From: Clostridia bacterium
Lineage (GTDB): Bacteria; Bacillota; Clostridia; Oscillospirales; CAG-272
Reading direction: 5' to 3'
Assembly (NCBI GenBank): GCA_900763885.1
Contig: CAAFLY010000155.1
Span: 1-48,291, forward strand
Length of the DNA: 48,291 bases
Position numbers and translations under genes: made by a program. Below the pieces are notes generated by a model. That model saw nothing but the letters and a program-made list of their open reading frames with translations, searched no databases and was not told the DNA's origin. Positions 27,801 to 37,597 of the stretch are shown piece by piece; within the stretch, counting starts at the first letter, position 1, and each line of letters opens with the position of its first letter.

Positions 27801-29267
27801 TCATTTTGTCCCGTCCCGCACGCCGAACACGGTAAAATCGATCACCCCCGGCATTTTCAGCCCTTCCGGATGACCGAGGATCGTCAGGCGCACCGCTTCA
27901 CACGACGCGTCGGTAAACGTGCGGTAGTCCACGACGCGGTCGGTGTCGTTGTCCCGCGCGTCTATGAGAAGCGCCCATGTATCCGTATCGGGTTCGGTCA
28001 ATCCCTCCAGTATGTACCGATACGCGCCGGGCAGTCCGCCATGGTCGTAATCCAGCCCGATGTCCCGGAAGACGAGACGCGCGGCGGACACCAGATACGG
28101 CGCCTGCAGATCGATGGTCAGAGACGGCGCGGGATCCCCCTCCTCCGGCTGCCAATAGGTCAGAAGCGAGCTGTCCACGGCGTAGAACGGCGCTCTGCCC
28201 GGTGCAGAGGAGCTCGCCCGGATCATGGCGCGCTGCCGGTGGGTCAGAGGCAGGAGGCCCGTATCGTTCGCGGCGACCGGATCCGCCGTCACACCCGGTG
28301 CGTACTGCGGCGTATCCGTGATCCCGTGCGGCGCGTACAGCTCCCCGTCCCCGTTTATGGCGATGAGATCCATGCCGACCAGCCGCTCATAGATGTGTGT
28401 GTATCCGACGACGATGGTGTAAAACGCCCACAATGTGCCGCCCGGCCCCTCCGTGATACACCCATGCCCCGCGCCGGTGATGAAGCGGGAGCGGCTGATC
28501 GTGACGGGATTGTGCTTCTGCGGGCGAAATCCGGCAAGCGGCGCGGTATCGGAAACATATGCCGCCATGCAGTAATTCGTGTATTCCGTGCCGGAGGAAG
28601 CGTAGATAAGATAATACCTGCCACCGCGCTTCACCATCCACTGGCCCTCGATCCAGCCGCAGCACGTGTCTGCGTTGTGCTCGCCGAACCGTTCCCATTC
28701 GTGCGCGGGATCAAACTCCATGAGCGTGACCGGATCGGACAGCAGCCTGCGCGGGTTCTCCCCGTCCAGCTCCACACCGATCGAGCCGGAGACAAACGCG
28801 CGGCGGTGGGTGCTCGGGCGCATCGTGAACGCGTAAAGGTACAGTCTGCCGTCGTCGTCCACAAAAAGCGCGGGATCGACCGGATAAAAATCCGAGCCGT
28901 CCGGCTTTTTAAAGCTGCCGAGGAACGTGAAGTCCCCAAGGGGCGTATCGGCGATATAGAGGCCGTGGGAATGGGAGGTCATGAGGTATTTTCCGCGAAA
29001 CGGCACCACGGTCGGGCTGTATTTCATGTTGTAGGGATTGGTCCGCACATGCCGCCAGGTCGCGAAATCCTCGGTGACGTACGCCATGCCGTAGCTGGGA
29101 TAGAGGTACCACCTCCCGTTTTCATAGAGCACCGACGGATCGCTCACGGAACGGTAGTCGCGCGGCTCCTCTCCGGTGAACGCCATGACCGACCACGGGT
29201 CCACCCCGCGCGGAATATCGGGCAAGGGCAGCGGATTGCAGTAGGTCCGTTTGTCCATACGCGTCAC
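27801..29267 (-). CDS. Glycoside hydrolase family 43 with a C-terminal discoidin (F5/8 type C) domain
   Basis: Five-bladed-propeller signatures (SDPSVLYENGRWYLY, DPALFVDDDGRLYLY, EGQWMVKRGGRYYLIY). No signal peptide. Confidence 0.75.
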   Translation of the reverse strand: MTRMDKRTYCNPLPLPDIPRGVDPWSVMAFTGEEPRDYRSVSDPSVLYENGRWYLYPSYGMAYVTEDFATWRHVRTNPYNMKYSPTVVPFRGKYLMTSHSHGLYIADTPLGDFTFLGSFKKPDGSDFYPVDPALFVDDDGRLYLYAFTMRPSTHRRAFVSGSIGVELDGENPRRLLSDPVTLMEFDPAHEWERFGEHNADTCCGWIEGQWMVKRGGRYYLIYASSGTEYTNYCMAAYVSDTAPLAGFRPQKHNPVTISRSRFITGAGHGCITEGPGGTLWAFYTIVVGYTHIYERLVGMDLIAINGDGELYAPHGITDTPQYAPGVTADPVAANDTGLLPLTHRQRAMIRASSSAPGRAPFYAVDSSLLTYWQPEEGDPAPSLTIDLQAPYLVSAARLVFRDIGLDYDHGGLPGAYRYILEGLTEPDTDTWALLIDARDNDTDRVVDYRTFTDASCEAVRLTILGHPEGLKMPGVIDFTVFGVRDGTK

Positions 29268-30187
29268 CGGAGGGATTCAAGGATGAACCGCGCCGCGTCC
29301 ATGCCGTATTCGCTGCCGGCTCTGCCCTCCTCCATGCCCTCGAATTCCACGGACACATAGCCGTCGTATCCGGCGTCGCGGATCAGGCGCAGCGTTTCCC
29401 ACACGTCGAGATCGCCCTGCGCAAGAATCGAGCCGCGCAGCATGGACAGCCCCGAATTCGTGGAGAACCATGAACCGGCGTCGCACCGGAACAGACCGCC
29501 CACCCCGGTCAGCCGCTCCGTTTTGCGGATATAGAAGTCCTTCAGATGGACCATTTTCGCGACCTTCGCGCACTTTTTCACAGCCACGGTGCAGTCCTCG
29601 TCCACGCAGGCGAAGTTGCCCGTGTCGAGCAGCAGTCCGAAATTCTCTCTGTCCACGGCGTCGATGAGTCTGAGCACGCGGTCGGAGCCGTTGACGAAAA
29701 ATCCGTGGTTCTCGACGAGGGTGGTGATCCCAAGCGGCGCGGCGTAATCGGCAAGCAGCCGGCACGTCTCGACCGCCATCGGGAATTCGCGTTCAAAATC
29801 GAGCGGCGTATTCGTCTCAAGCGGGCGGCGGAAGGAGGAGATGTCGTGGCGCATCGTGGTCAGCCCCAGCTTGTGCGCGACATCGATGTGCCGCTTCAAT
29901 CGTTCCACCTCCGCCATACGCGCGTCCCGATCCCAGCGCAAAAGATCGCCAAGCACCGCGTAATTGGACAGGGGCAGGTCGATCTCGCGCGACGTTTCCC
30001 GGATCTCGCGGATGAGCGGCTCGTTGAACGCCCCCGTCCCGTCGTCGTACAGCGTGAAGCCAAAGGGGACAAGCTCGATCGCCGCGGCGTTTTTCGATTT
30101 TGCAAAGCGCATCACGTCGAGGATCGTCATCTCGCCCCGCATGATCTCCGCGTTGCAGCTATAGCTGGTCAGTCCGATTTTCATCAT
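29264..30187 (-). CDS. Sugar-phosphate isomerase/epimerase (xylose-isomerase-like TIM barrel)
   Basis: Family-typical sequence. ATGA overlap with the downstream GH43 gene. Confidence 0.75.
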   Translation of the reverse strand: MMKIGLTSYSCNAEIMRGEMTILDVMRFAKSKNAAAIELVPFGFTLYDDGTGAFNEPLIREIRETSREIDLPLSNYAVLGDLLRWDRDARMAEVERLKRHIDVAHKLGLTTMRHDISSFRRPLETNTPLDFEREFPMAVETCRLLADYAAPLGITTLVENHGFFVNGSDRVLRLIDAVDRENFGLLLDTGNFACVDEDCTVAVKKCAKVAKMVHLKDFYIRKTERLTGVGGLFRCDAGSWFSTNSGLSMLRGSILAQGDLDVWETLRLIRDAGYDGYVSVEFEGMEEGRAGSEYGMDAARFILESLR

Positions 30188-30780
30188 GGTTCTGTATTCT
30201 CCGTTTCTGTTCGTTTTTCGATTGCCGCGGCGATCTCCGGCAAGTGTCCGACGATGAACCGCTGCATCTGTGCGCTGTATAAGAGCACCGTGTAGTGCAT
30301 ACCACGACCGCTGCTGTAGCGCAGCTCCTCTGTGATACCCATAGCCTTTCCCGTCTCCGTAACGCGCATGCGTTTTTTGCCGTTTTCATCGGTTGTCGCC
30401 TGCAGGATCCCGTTTGCGGCAAGCCACGCGGCTACATCTCTGTGGCGGAGCTTGTACATACCTCTTTCGACATACCCATTGATCTGCACGACGATATTGT
30501 TCAGGGAAACCGGCGTATCGGAAATCTCGACCCCGGTCTGCATCGCCGCGTTCGGGGCAAACGGCAGCCTTCTCGACCGCCTTTCCCGACGAGCGCCGAT
30601 CTCCCCATCGTTCTCGATCACCTGTCCGAGCACATCCGAAACGTACACCAGACAGCGGCGGATCCTGTCCTGGCACACCACCTCGCCGGGATCGAGCATT
30701 TCCCCGGTCAGCGGATCGATCCCCCGGGAGAGCGCGTCGAGATACCCCCGCGCATGGCGTAGAATCGCACACTTGTCCAA
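30184..30780 (-). CDS. Hypothetical protein (198 aa)
   Basis: TTG start 8 nt after GAGGTGA. Its stop overlaps the isomerase start (ATGA). I recognise no family. Confidence 0.5.
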   Translation of the reverse strand: MDKCAILRHARGYLDALSRGIDPLTGEMLDPGEVVCQDRIRRCLVYVSDVLGQVIENDGEIGARRERRSRRLPFAPNAAMQTGVEISDTPVSLNNIVVQINGYVERGMYKLRHRDVAAWLAANGILQATTDENGKKRMRVTETGKAMGITEELRYSSGRGMHYTVLLYSAQMQRFIVGHLPEIAAAIEKRTETENTEP

Positions 30781-30903
30781 AATACCATCACCTCACTTTT
30801 TTCTGAAAATACGCTGACGACAGCGCGTTTTTGCGCCGGAATGCTCCAATACACGGGGTTTTGGCGCGCATTCGATCTTTTGGCAGCGCTTTTCCAAATC
30901 TTC

Positions 30904-30932
30904 TTGACTTTCCGTCCGTTTTCGGCTACAAT
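30904..30932 (+). promoter_or_regulatory. Promoter of the GH18 operon
   Basis: TTGACT, 17-nt spacer, TACAAT. Confidence 0.65.
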
Positions 30933-30965
30933 GTAGAAAAATACCGCAAAACGGAGGACTATATC

Positions 30966-31991
30966 ATGCTTCTTTGCGCCTATGTCTTCGGGCACTGCGA
31001 CGCGATCACCGACGAGGACGCGAAAATGCTCGATCTCATCAACATCGCCTTCGGACTGATCCGGGATGGCAGGCTCTTTGTGCCGGAGAGCGCCGCTTCT
31101 CCCGTGTGGGAACGTCTGCGGGCGGCAAATCCGTCTCTGCGCGTCCTGCTCTCCATCGGCGGCTGGGGGGCGGGCGGCTTCTCCACCATGGCGAAATCGC
31201 AGACCGCGCGGCAGGTCTTCATCGACTCCTGCCTGTCCGCCGTCGAAGCGTACGGTCTGGACGGACTGGATCTCGACTGGGAATACCCGACCATCGACTC
31301 CGCCGGAATCGACGCCGCCCCCGCCGACCGGGAGAATTTCACCGCCCTGCTCACCGAACTGCGCGCCGCTCTCGACACGCGGTATCCGGATACGCACAAA
31401 ATGCTCACCATCGCGGCAGGTGGCGGGGATTATTACATACACGCCGTGGAGCTTCCGAAGCTCGTGCCGGTGCTCGACTACATCTCCCTCATGACCTACG
31501 ATCTCGCCGGACTGCACGTGCCCGCCATGCACCACACCGCCCTCTACAGCACCGCGCTGCAGCCGAATTCCGTGGACGCGAATGTGAAGCGGTTCATGGC
31601 GGCCGGTGCTCCCGCGGAGAAGCTTGTCATCGGCGCGGCGTTTTATTCCCGGCGGTGGCTCCACATCCCGGACGGCGGCACCCATGGATTGGGGCAATCC
31701 GAGACGATCCGCGATCCAAGCAGCGGCGGCTTCGGTCCCGGGTTCGGTACCCTGTCCGCCATGCGCGGTCGTGACGGATTTACCGCCTATCGCGACGAAA
31801 CCGCCCACGCGCCGTATCTCTACAACGCGGAAACGGGCGAGTGGCTCAGCTATGACGACCCGGAAAGCGTCGCCGAAAAGGTCCGGTACGCCAAAGAGCA
31901 CGGTCTGTACGGCGTGATGTACTGGGAGCATGGCTGTGATCCGACGCGCGCACTGCTCGACGCCCTGTACACGGCGAAGAACGAGGGGTAA
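30966..31991 (+). CDS. Glycoside hydrolase family 18 (chitinase / endo-beta-N-acetylglucosaminidase-like), no signal peptide
   Basis: Catalytic motif DGLDLDWEYP. ATG preceded by GGAGGA. Confidence 0.8.
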   Translation: MLLCAYVFGHCDAITDEDAKMLDLINIAFGLIRDGRLFVPESAASPVWERLRAANPSLRVLLSIGGWGAGGFSTMAKSQTARQVFIDSCLSAVEAYGLDGLDLDWEYPTIDSAGIDAAPADRENFTALLTELRAALDTRYPDTHKMLTIAAGGGDYYIHAVELPKLVPVLDYISLMTYDLAGLHVPAMHHTALYSTALQPNSVDANVKRFMAAGAPAEKLVIGAAFYSRRWLHIPDGGTHGLGQSETIRDPSSGGFGPGFGTLSAMRGRDGFTAYRDETAHAPYLYNAETGEWLSYDDPESVAEKVRYAKEHGLYGVMYWEHGCDPTRALLDALYTAKNEG

Positions 31992-31992
31992 T

Positions 31993-32595
31993 ATGGCGTC
32001 GCTTGTCATGCATCTTGCCGCAGCCGTGCGGATCCTCCCGGAGCTGGGTATACCTGCCTCGGAGCGGAATCGTTTTCTGTGGGGACAGCTGCTGCCCGAT
32101 GCGCGCGGAGACGGTACGGCGGCAAAACGGGCCACGCATTTCCGCGCGATTTCTCCAGACGGCACACAGCTTTGCGATTTTCCCCGATTTCTGTGCGATT
32201 TTCCGCCGGCAACAGACAGCCTGTATCTCGGCTACTACTGCCATCTCTGCGAGGACTGGACGTTCCGCCATTTTCTCTACGACATCTGTGGGATCGTACC
32301 TACGCCGGCACTTGCCCCCACGCTGCACCGGGATTATTCTCTCCTGAACGCGCCGCTGATCCGCCGATACGCTCTGTCGCTCGATTTCGGAGACGTGCCA
32401 GAGCTCCCGGGACCGCTCATGGCGTATTTCCCCTACGACATATCCGCGTTACGCGCGATGCTGCACGCGAATTTCACCGATCCCGCCCCGGAAAACGAGA
32501 CGCCGACGCTCTTCACGCTCGATATGGCGCAGGCATACATCGAGGCGGCGGTCGCGGAGACCTTGGACAACGTGCGGAAGCTGCCAATCGAATAA
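31993..32595 (+). CDS. Hypothetical protein (possibly a zinc-dependent phospholipase-C-like fold)
   Basis: 200 aa, starting 1 nt after the GH18 stop. The His-containing segments (MHLAAA, THF, YYCHLCEDW) only loosely suggest a metal hydrolase. Confidence 0.5.
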   Translation: MASLVMHLAAAVRILPELGIPASERNRFLWGQLLPDARGDGTAAKRATHFRAISPDGTQLCDFPRFLCDFPPATDSLYLGYYCHLCEDWTFRHFLYDICGIVPTPALAPTLHRDYSLLNAPLIRRYALSLDFGDVPELPGPLMAYFPYDISALRAMLHANFTDPAPENETPTLFTLDMAQAYIEAAVAETLDNVRKLPIE

Positions 32596-32685
32596 GGAAA
32601 CTCTGATTTAAGGTTATTTTTGCGATAAAAGCCCTTATATTTCAGCCTTTTATCGCAAAAATCCGAATTATTCAGAGTATCCTAA
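32593..32685 (+). repeat. Stop-codon-associated palindromic element, copy C (93 nt)
   Basis: Begins with the TAA stop of the preceding CDS. It differs from copy D at 3 of 93 positions. Confidence 0.9.
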
Positions 32686-32690
32686 GCACT

Positions 32691-32735
32691 CCGCGGGGAG
32701 CCTGTCACACCGATACGATCCCCGCGGTGTTTTTA
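32691..32735 (+). terminator. Intrinsic terminator after the GH18 operon
   Basis: CCGCGGGGA ... TCCCCGCGG followed by TGTTTTTAT. It lies downstream of repeat copy C. Confidence 0.75.
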
Positions 32736-32791
32736 TGGCACAGCCATATCTGATTTAGGAATCAGGGCTCACCCGCGCGGGCCAATCTCAT

Positions 32792-33895
32792 TTACGCAAG
32801 CTCCAGCCGGGCGAGTGTGGTGCGGTTCAGACAGCCGCCGACATCCTCGCCGCCGCTGCAATAGGAGAGAAGCGCGGTTTTTTCGTCCATGAAGCACAGT
32901 CCCGGATAGCAGAAGCCGCGGCATTCGTCTTCCTCGAGCGTCTGCATCGGAGAAAAGGTCACGCCGTCCGTGCTTTCCGCCATCACAAGCGGGGTCCTGC
33001 CGCCGATCCATGCCGTTGTGGTGCGCGCTCTGCCCGGATATTCCGGCACGGGATTCCAGATCGCGTAATATTTGCCGGAATATGGGTTTTGCTTGATGAG
33101 CAGCGGCGAGGCGGGCGAGGTGAAGCGCGACGGCTGCGGAGTGAACCAGTGCGCACCGCGGTCGATGGACACCGTTTCGTACTGACACATCCGGTCGGTG
33201 CGGAAATACGCGTACCACACACCGCCGGGCAGCACGCACATTCCCGGCTCCTGCAGTCCCGTGCCGGTATAGGACGCGTCCGGGAGACTGAGCAGCGGCG
33301 CCATCTGATGCCACGTAAAGCCGTCGTCCGTCGATTCAAAGAAGCATGCCTGTGCTCTGCCGTCGTAGTGGATCTGTCCGTCGGACGCCTTGCCGAGCGA
33401 GGTGGGATGGCGCGCGGCGGGGAGCACCCAGTGTCCCTCGCCAATATGGCAGATGCGGTCGTTGTTCACCACATAATACGCCGGGAACCGGTCGGGCAGG
33501 ATCCGCGCTTCCCCGGAAAAGGTCGCGAATTCGTCCCCCGATCGGCGGATTATGCACTCCGAGGTCAGCGTTTCGCGATGCTTCAGAAGAAAGATCACCG
33601 CCGCGTCCCCGTTGTCCATCCGGGCGAGAGACACGCTCATCACGTTTTTCTCCCCGTATTCCTCCGCGCGTACCAGATTTCGGATATGCCCGGTGTCCCA
33701 CGTTCTGCCGCCGTCCGCGGAATATACCCCGGCAATCTCGCAGTCCGCGTGGTCGTCCGCGCTCTCCGCGTGATAGCGGCTGTAGGCAAACAGGATCCGG
33801 CCGTCGCACAGGGGCAGAAACGCGCCCTCGCTGTTGCGTGGATTTCCGCTTCCCGGCAACAGATACGCCGTTCTCGTATAGGATTGTATTTCCAT
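32792..33895 (-). CDS. BNR-repeat sialidase-like glycosidase
   Basis: Start trimmed to MEIQSYT. SxDxGxTW-type repeats are present (SADGGRTW, STDDGFTW, SIDRGAHW). No signal peptide. Confidence 0.75.
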   Translation of the reverse strand: MEIQSYTRTAYLLPGSGNPRNSEGAFLPLCDGRILFAYSRYHAESADDHADCEIAGVYSADGGRTWDTGHIRNLVRAEEYGEKNVMSVSLARMDNGDAAVIFLLKHRETLTSECIIRRSGDEFATFSGEARILPDRFPAYYVVNNDRICHIGEGHWVLPAARHPTSLGKASDGQIHYDGRAQACFFESTDDGFTWHQMAPLLSLPDASYTGTGLQEPGMCVLPGGVWYAYFRTDRMCQYETVSIDRGAHWFTPQPSRFTSPASPLLIKQNPYSGKYYAIWNPVPEYPGRARTTTAWIGGRTPLVMAESTDGVTFSPMQTLEEDECRGFCYPGLCFMDEKTALLSYCSGGEDVGGCLNRTTLARLELA

Positions 33896-33909
33896 GTCTT
33901 CCTCCCCAA

Positions 33910-36240
33910 TCACATCTGCAGCGCGATGGAGCCGGATTCCAGCGTATCCGATTCCGCGTACAGTCTGAATGTGTCGCACGCCTCCGTTTTTGCCATCCGC
34001 ACCGCCACCGTGATCCGTCCGGCGCGCATTCGTCTTGTCAGAGAGGACAGCGGCGCGTGATCGCTCACATCCGAGCCCGTCGCCACGATCTTTCCGCAGT
34101 GATTGACCGCAAAGCGCACCTCCGCCGCCGCATCCGGGACCTCTCTGCCCTCCGCGTCGAGACAGGTGCAGGTGAAAAACACAACGTTGCGTCCATTGCC
34201 CGTGAGATCCTCGGGATTGTCGCAGGACAGACAAAGCCGTACCGCCCTGCCCGTTGTCTCGCGGATATCCTCGCATATCGCCGCGCCGTCCGCATATCCG
34301 ATCGCCTGGAGCTTACCCGGCGCATACGGGACTGTCCATTCCGCATGACCGTATGGCTCGACCTCGCGGATACCGAGCGGTTTTTCATCAAGGAACAAGC
34401 CGACCGATGCGCAGTTGGTGTATACGGATACCCGGATCGGCTCTCCCTCACGTCCCCGGAAGTTCCAGTGCGGCAGAATATGGACCATCGGCTCCGTTGT
34501 CCAGTGGGATCGGTTCTGCCAGAACGCGTCCTTTTTCTGGAGGAACAGATCGATCGCGCCAGATTGGCTGCACAGCCGGGGCCACACCGTCTCGCCGCGA
34601 TGCTCAAACGCGATCCACTGATACCCGCCCATGATCCAGTCTCTCTCGGCGATGAACCTCCACGTCAGCTCCCGTGCCATAAATCCGGTACCGCGCGGGA
34701 TCGCGTCGTAGGCGCTGATATAGCCGTGGGCGGGATCGTCGTCATTGTACCAGCCGCGTGTCGTGCCGGTCGCGCAGTTTTCCGAGGAGAAGATCGCCTT
34801 GTCCGGGAAATGCGCGTGGAGCATATCGAAGTGCTGGAGATTGTAGTTCACGCCGATCACATCCACGTCGTCGTAGATGGTCGCTCTGTCCGGACGGTCG
34901 CAGGCGGCTGTCACCGGGCGCGTCGGATCGAGCTTTCCGACCAGTGCCATCATGGACGCGGCGATCCGTTTGCCCTGATCGGTGGTAAAGACGAATTCCT
35001 CATTGCCGACCGACCAGAAAAAGACGGAGGGACGGTTCCGGTCCCGCTTCACGAGCATGGCAAGCTCCGCCATATGCTCCGGTGCGGACGAAAACCAACG
35101 CGTTTCATCCATAACGATAAAGCCCGCCTCATCCAGCGCGTCCATCAGTGCCTCCGACTGCGGATAGTGGCTCGTGCGATAGCCGTTTGCGCCCATCTCC
35201 CGCATGAGACGCACCTTATAGCGGAACACGTTGTCCGGCACCGCCTTTCCGAGCAGTCCGCAGTCGTAATGGCCGCAGACGCCACGGATCTTCACGTGCC
35301 TGCCGTTGACAAACAGTCCCCTGTCCGGATCACAGACGAACGTCCGGCAGCCGAAGCGATCCGACACGGTATCCACCGCCGTATCCCCGCCATACACCGT
35401 CGTCTCGCACGTGTAGAGATACGGATCGTCCGGGTCCCACAGACGTGCGTCCGGCAGAGGAAATGCCGCTTTGGCGACACCGCTTTCCCTTGCGTCCACG
35501 GCGTATTCCGTCTCCCCACAGGCGGCGGTGTTCCCGTCTCTGTCGTATATCGTGTGTGTGATCCTGCCCTGCGCATGCGTATCCCCGTCGTTTGCGATCT
35601 CCGTCTCCACCTCGATGTGCCAGCCGGACTCCGTTTTCCGCGGCTTCACGAATACGCCGTACGGCGCGACATGGACGGGCGCGGTTTTGAAAAGCCACAC
35701 GTGCCGGTAGATGCCGCCGCCCTCGTACCACCAGCCCTCATGCTCCGTCGCGTCCACGAATACGGCGAGCACGTTGTCCGTATCGTAGCGCACAAAATCC
35801 GTAATATCCGCGAAAAAGCTGTTGTAGCCGCAGTGATTCTGTAGGATTGGCGAGCCGTTGCAGTATACGGTACACCGATTTGCGACCGCTTCAAAACAGA
35901 GCACCAGCCGTCGGCCCCGATCCTCCTCGGTCACACGGAAATGCTTGCGGTACCAGCCGACCCCATAGGGCAGATAGCCGAGCGTGCTGTTGTGATCCGG
36001 GGAGACGGTGCCGGAGATCACAAAATCGTGCGGCAGGGTGACGTTTTGCCAGGTCTCCGTACACAGCTCGCCGGAGGAATAATCGTCGGGATTGTCGTTA
36101 TGGTGGATCGCCGCGCCGCCCCACCGTTCTCTCTCCGTCTTGGCACTCGCGTACATCGGTCCTTTCGCGACCGGACGCTCCTTTGGGATCCCGCCGGGGT
36201 GGAATCGCCAGAGATCGTCAAACAGAAGTTTTTCGCGCAT
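33910..36240 (-). CDS. Glycoside hydrolase family 2
   Basis: WYEGGGIYRHVWL, NGYRTSHYP and WSVGNEE motifs. Confidence 0.85.
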   Translation of the reverse strand: MREKLLFDDLWRFHPGGIPKERPVAKGPMYASAKTERERWGGAAIHHNDNPDDYSSGELCTETWQNVTLPHDFVISGTVSPDHNSTLGYLPYGVGWYRKHFRVTEEDRGRRLVLCFEAVANRCTVYCNGSPILQNHCGYNSFFADITDFVRYDTDNVLAVFVDATEHEGWWYEGGGIYRHVWLFKTAPVHVAPYGVFVKPRKTESGWHIEVETEIANDGDTHAQGRITHTIYDRDGNTAACGETEYAVDARESGVAKAAFPLPDARLWDPDDPYLYTCETTVYGGDTAVDTVSDRFGCRTFVCDPDRGLFVNGRHVKIRGVCGHYDCGLLGKAVPDNVFRYKVRLMREMGANGYRTSHYPQSEALMDALDEAGFIVMDETRWFSSAPEHMAELAMLVKRDRNRPSVFFWSVGNEEFVFTTDQGKRIAASMMALVGKLDPTRPVTAACDRPDRATIYDDVDVIGVNYNLQHFDMLHAHFPDKAIFSSENCATGTTRGWYNDDDPAHGYISAYDAIPRGTGFMARELTWRFIAERDWIMGGYQWIAFEHRGETVWPRLCSQSGAIDLFLQKKDAFWQNRSHWTTEPMVHILPHWNFRGREGEPIRVSVYTNCASVGLFLDEKPLGIREVEPYGHAEWTVPYAPGKLQAIGYADGAAICEDIRETTGRAVRLCLSCDNPEDLTGNGRNVVFFTCTCLDAEGREVPDAAAEVRFAVNHCGKIVATGSDVSDHAPLSSLTRRMRAGRITVAVRMAKTEACDTFRLYAESDTLESGSIALQM

Positions 36241-36274
36241 GGAATCCTCTCCTTTGCGTTGTTTTTTGTTTGGT

Positions 36275-37333
36275 TCAGAGCAGCGGTCCGACCACGCCGC
36301 CGATCACGGTCGCCATCCGGGAGAAGCCGAGATCGTTCGGGTGGCAGCCGTCCACGGCGCAGGAATCGCGCCAATCGCCCTCGAATAACGTTTCACCGTC
36401 GATGAAATAGACAGCGCGGTCTCCCTCCGCCACCGCTTTTTCATATGTCGCGCGGATGATCGCCCGCCGCTTTTCATCCTCTGTGCCGGGATGGAAATCG
36501 GGCTTTGTGACAAACACGATCGGGGTCGCGGGCTGTGCGGCGCGGAAGACGCGGTAGAGCGGCTCGTGCGTGCTTTGGAGATGTGCCGCGGACGGGGCAT
36601 TGTGGTCGTAATCGCAGACGAACACGGAGCAGGGGATCTGTGCCAGATATTCCGCCATCACCGTTTCTCCGCGTGCCGAGCCGGAAAAGCCCAGATTGAT
36701 AAAATCCACGTCGAATCTGCGCGCGATCATCGCCTGATAGCCGTTGCCCGGTCGGGATGCGCAGCCGTCCTGTGTGATGGAGGACCCGTAATAGAGTACG
36801 GGGGTCTGGTGCGTATACGGCGCCGCTTCCCGGATCTCGGATCCCTTCGCCAGTCCGACGTACAGCTCGTTCACACCGTCGTAAAGCGGCATATGGATCG
36901 TGTAGTCGCGCATACCCACCCTGCCGTATTCCGCAATCGCGGAGAAGCCGGGGAGAAGTCCGTACGGCGGGATGAAGGAGGCGACATAGCTGTAGTTGCC
37001 GTCCTTCTGCGTGTACAGGTCGAATCCGGACTGTCCGAGCTTGGTGATGTGGGACATCGTGGAGGAGGCGGGCTGCACGGAACGGATGGCGATGTACGGC
37101 GAATCGGTCGCGAAACGGATTCTGCCGCCCGCGGTATGCCAGTTCAGACCGGATACACCCTCGTTTGCCGCGTCCGCCACGGCGGGATCCATCCGGTGAA
37201 ACGCGCCCGGCTCCGTCGGATGACAGAGTCCGTGGATCGAAAACGGCGCTTCCCGGACGTTCAGCCAGACAAGATCGTCTCTCCGGATGTTCGTCTCCAC
37301 CTTCAAATTCTTATCGATGTCTTCAATACGCAT
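36275..37333 (-). CDS. SGNH/GDSL-family hydrolase (carbohydrate esterase-like)
   Basis: YYGSSIT (Ser block) and DGCHPNDLG (Asp-His block). Confidence 0.75.
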   Translation of the reverse strand: MRIEDIDKNLKVETNIRRDDLVWLNVREAPFSIHGLCHPTEPGAFHRMDPAVADAANEGVSGLNWHTAGGRIRFATDSPYIAIRSVQPASSTMSHITKLGQSGFDLYTQKDGNYSYVASFIPPYGLLPGFSAIAEYGRVGMRDYTIHMPLYDGVNELYVGLAKGSEIREAAPYTHQTPVLYYGSSITQDGCASRPGNGYQAMIARRFDVDFINLGFSGSARGETVMAEYLAQIPCSVFVCDYDHNAPSAAHLQSTHEPLYRVFRAAQPATPIVFVTKPDFHPGTEDEKRRAIIRATYEKAVAEGDRAVYFIDGETLFEGDWRDSCAVDGCHPNDLGFSRMATVIGGVVGPLL

Positions 37334-37386
37334 AGATTTTCCCTCGTTTTTCGTAAGCTTGCCGCATATGGCGGACTGTTACCGGT

Positions 37387-37415
37387 AGTATACCACACTC
37401 CTCCGGCAAATGCAA
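37387..37415 (-). promoter_or_regulatory. Promoter of the SGNH-GH2-BNR operon
   Basis: The minus strand reads TTGCAT, a 17-nt spacer ending in TGG, then TATACT. Confidence 0.65.
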
Positions 37416-37528
37416 CAACAAACCGCGGCCGCAAGCCAAAATTCCTGTCATTTTTCCGCTGTGCAGCCCCGCTTCGCCCTGGACGCGCCGGAGTGCAAAA
37501 AAATTTCCGAAAAATGCACAAAAATCTA

Positions 37529-37557
37529 TACAAAAGCGCGCGCGTCTGTGCTATACT
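37529..37557 (+). promoter_or_regulatory. Promoter of vanZ
   Basis: TATACT at 37552-37557 with a TGC extension. Shares two long identical blocks with the hisS promoter. Confidence 0.55.
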
Positions 37558-37597
37558 ATAGGAAAGCCCGTACATTGGCGGAAAGGAACGGCGGATC

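Noticed and set aside
32745-32775. TCTGATTTAGGAATCAGGG, a possible half-copy of the palindromic element near the BNR gene stop.
   Set aside because: Only about 10 nt resemble the element arm, there is no core hairpin, and the match is compatible with chance.
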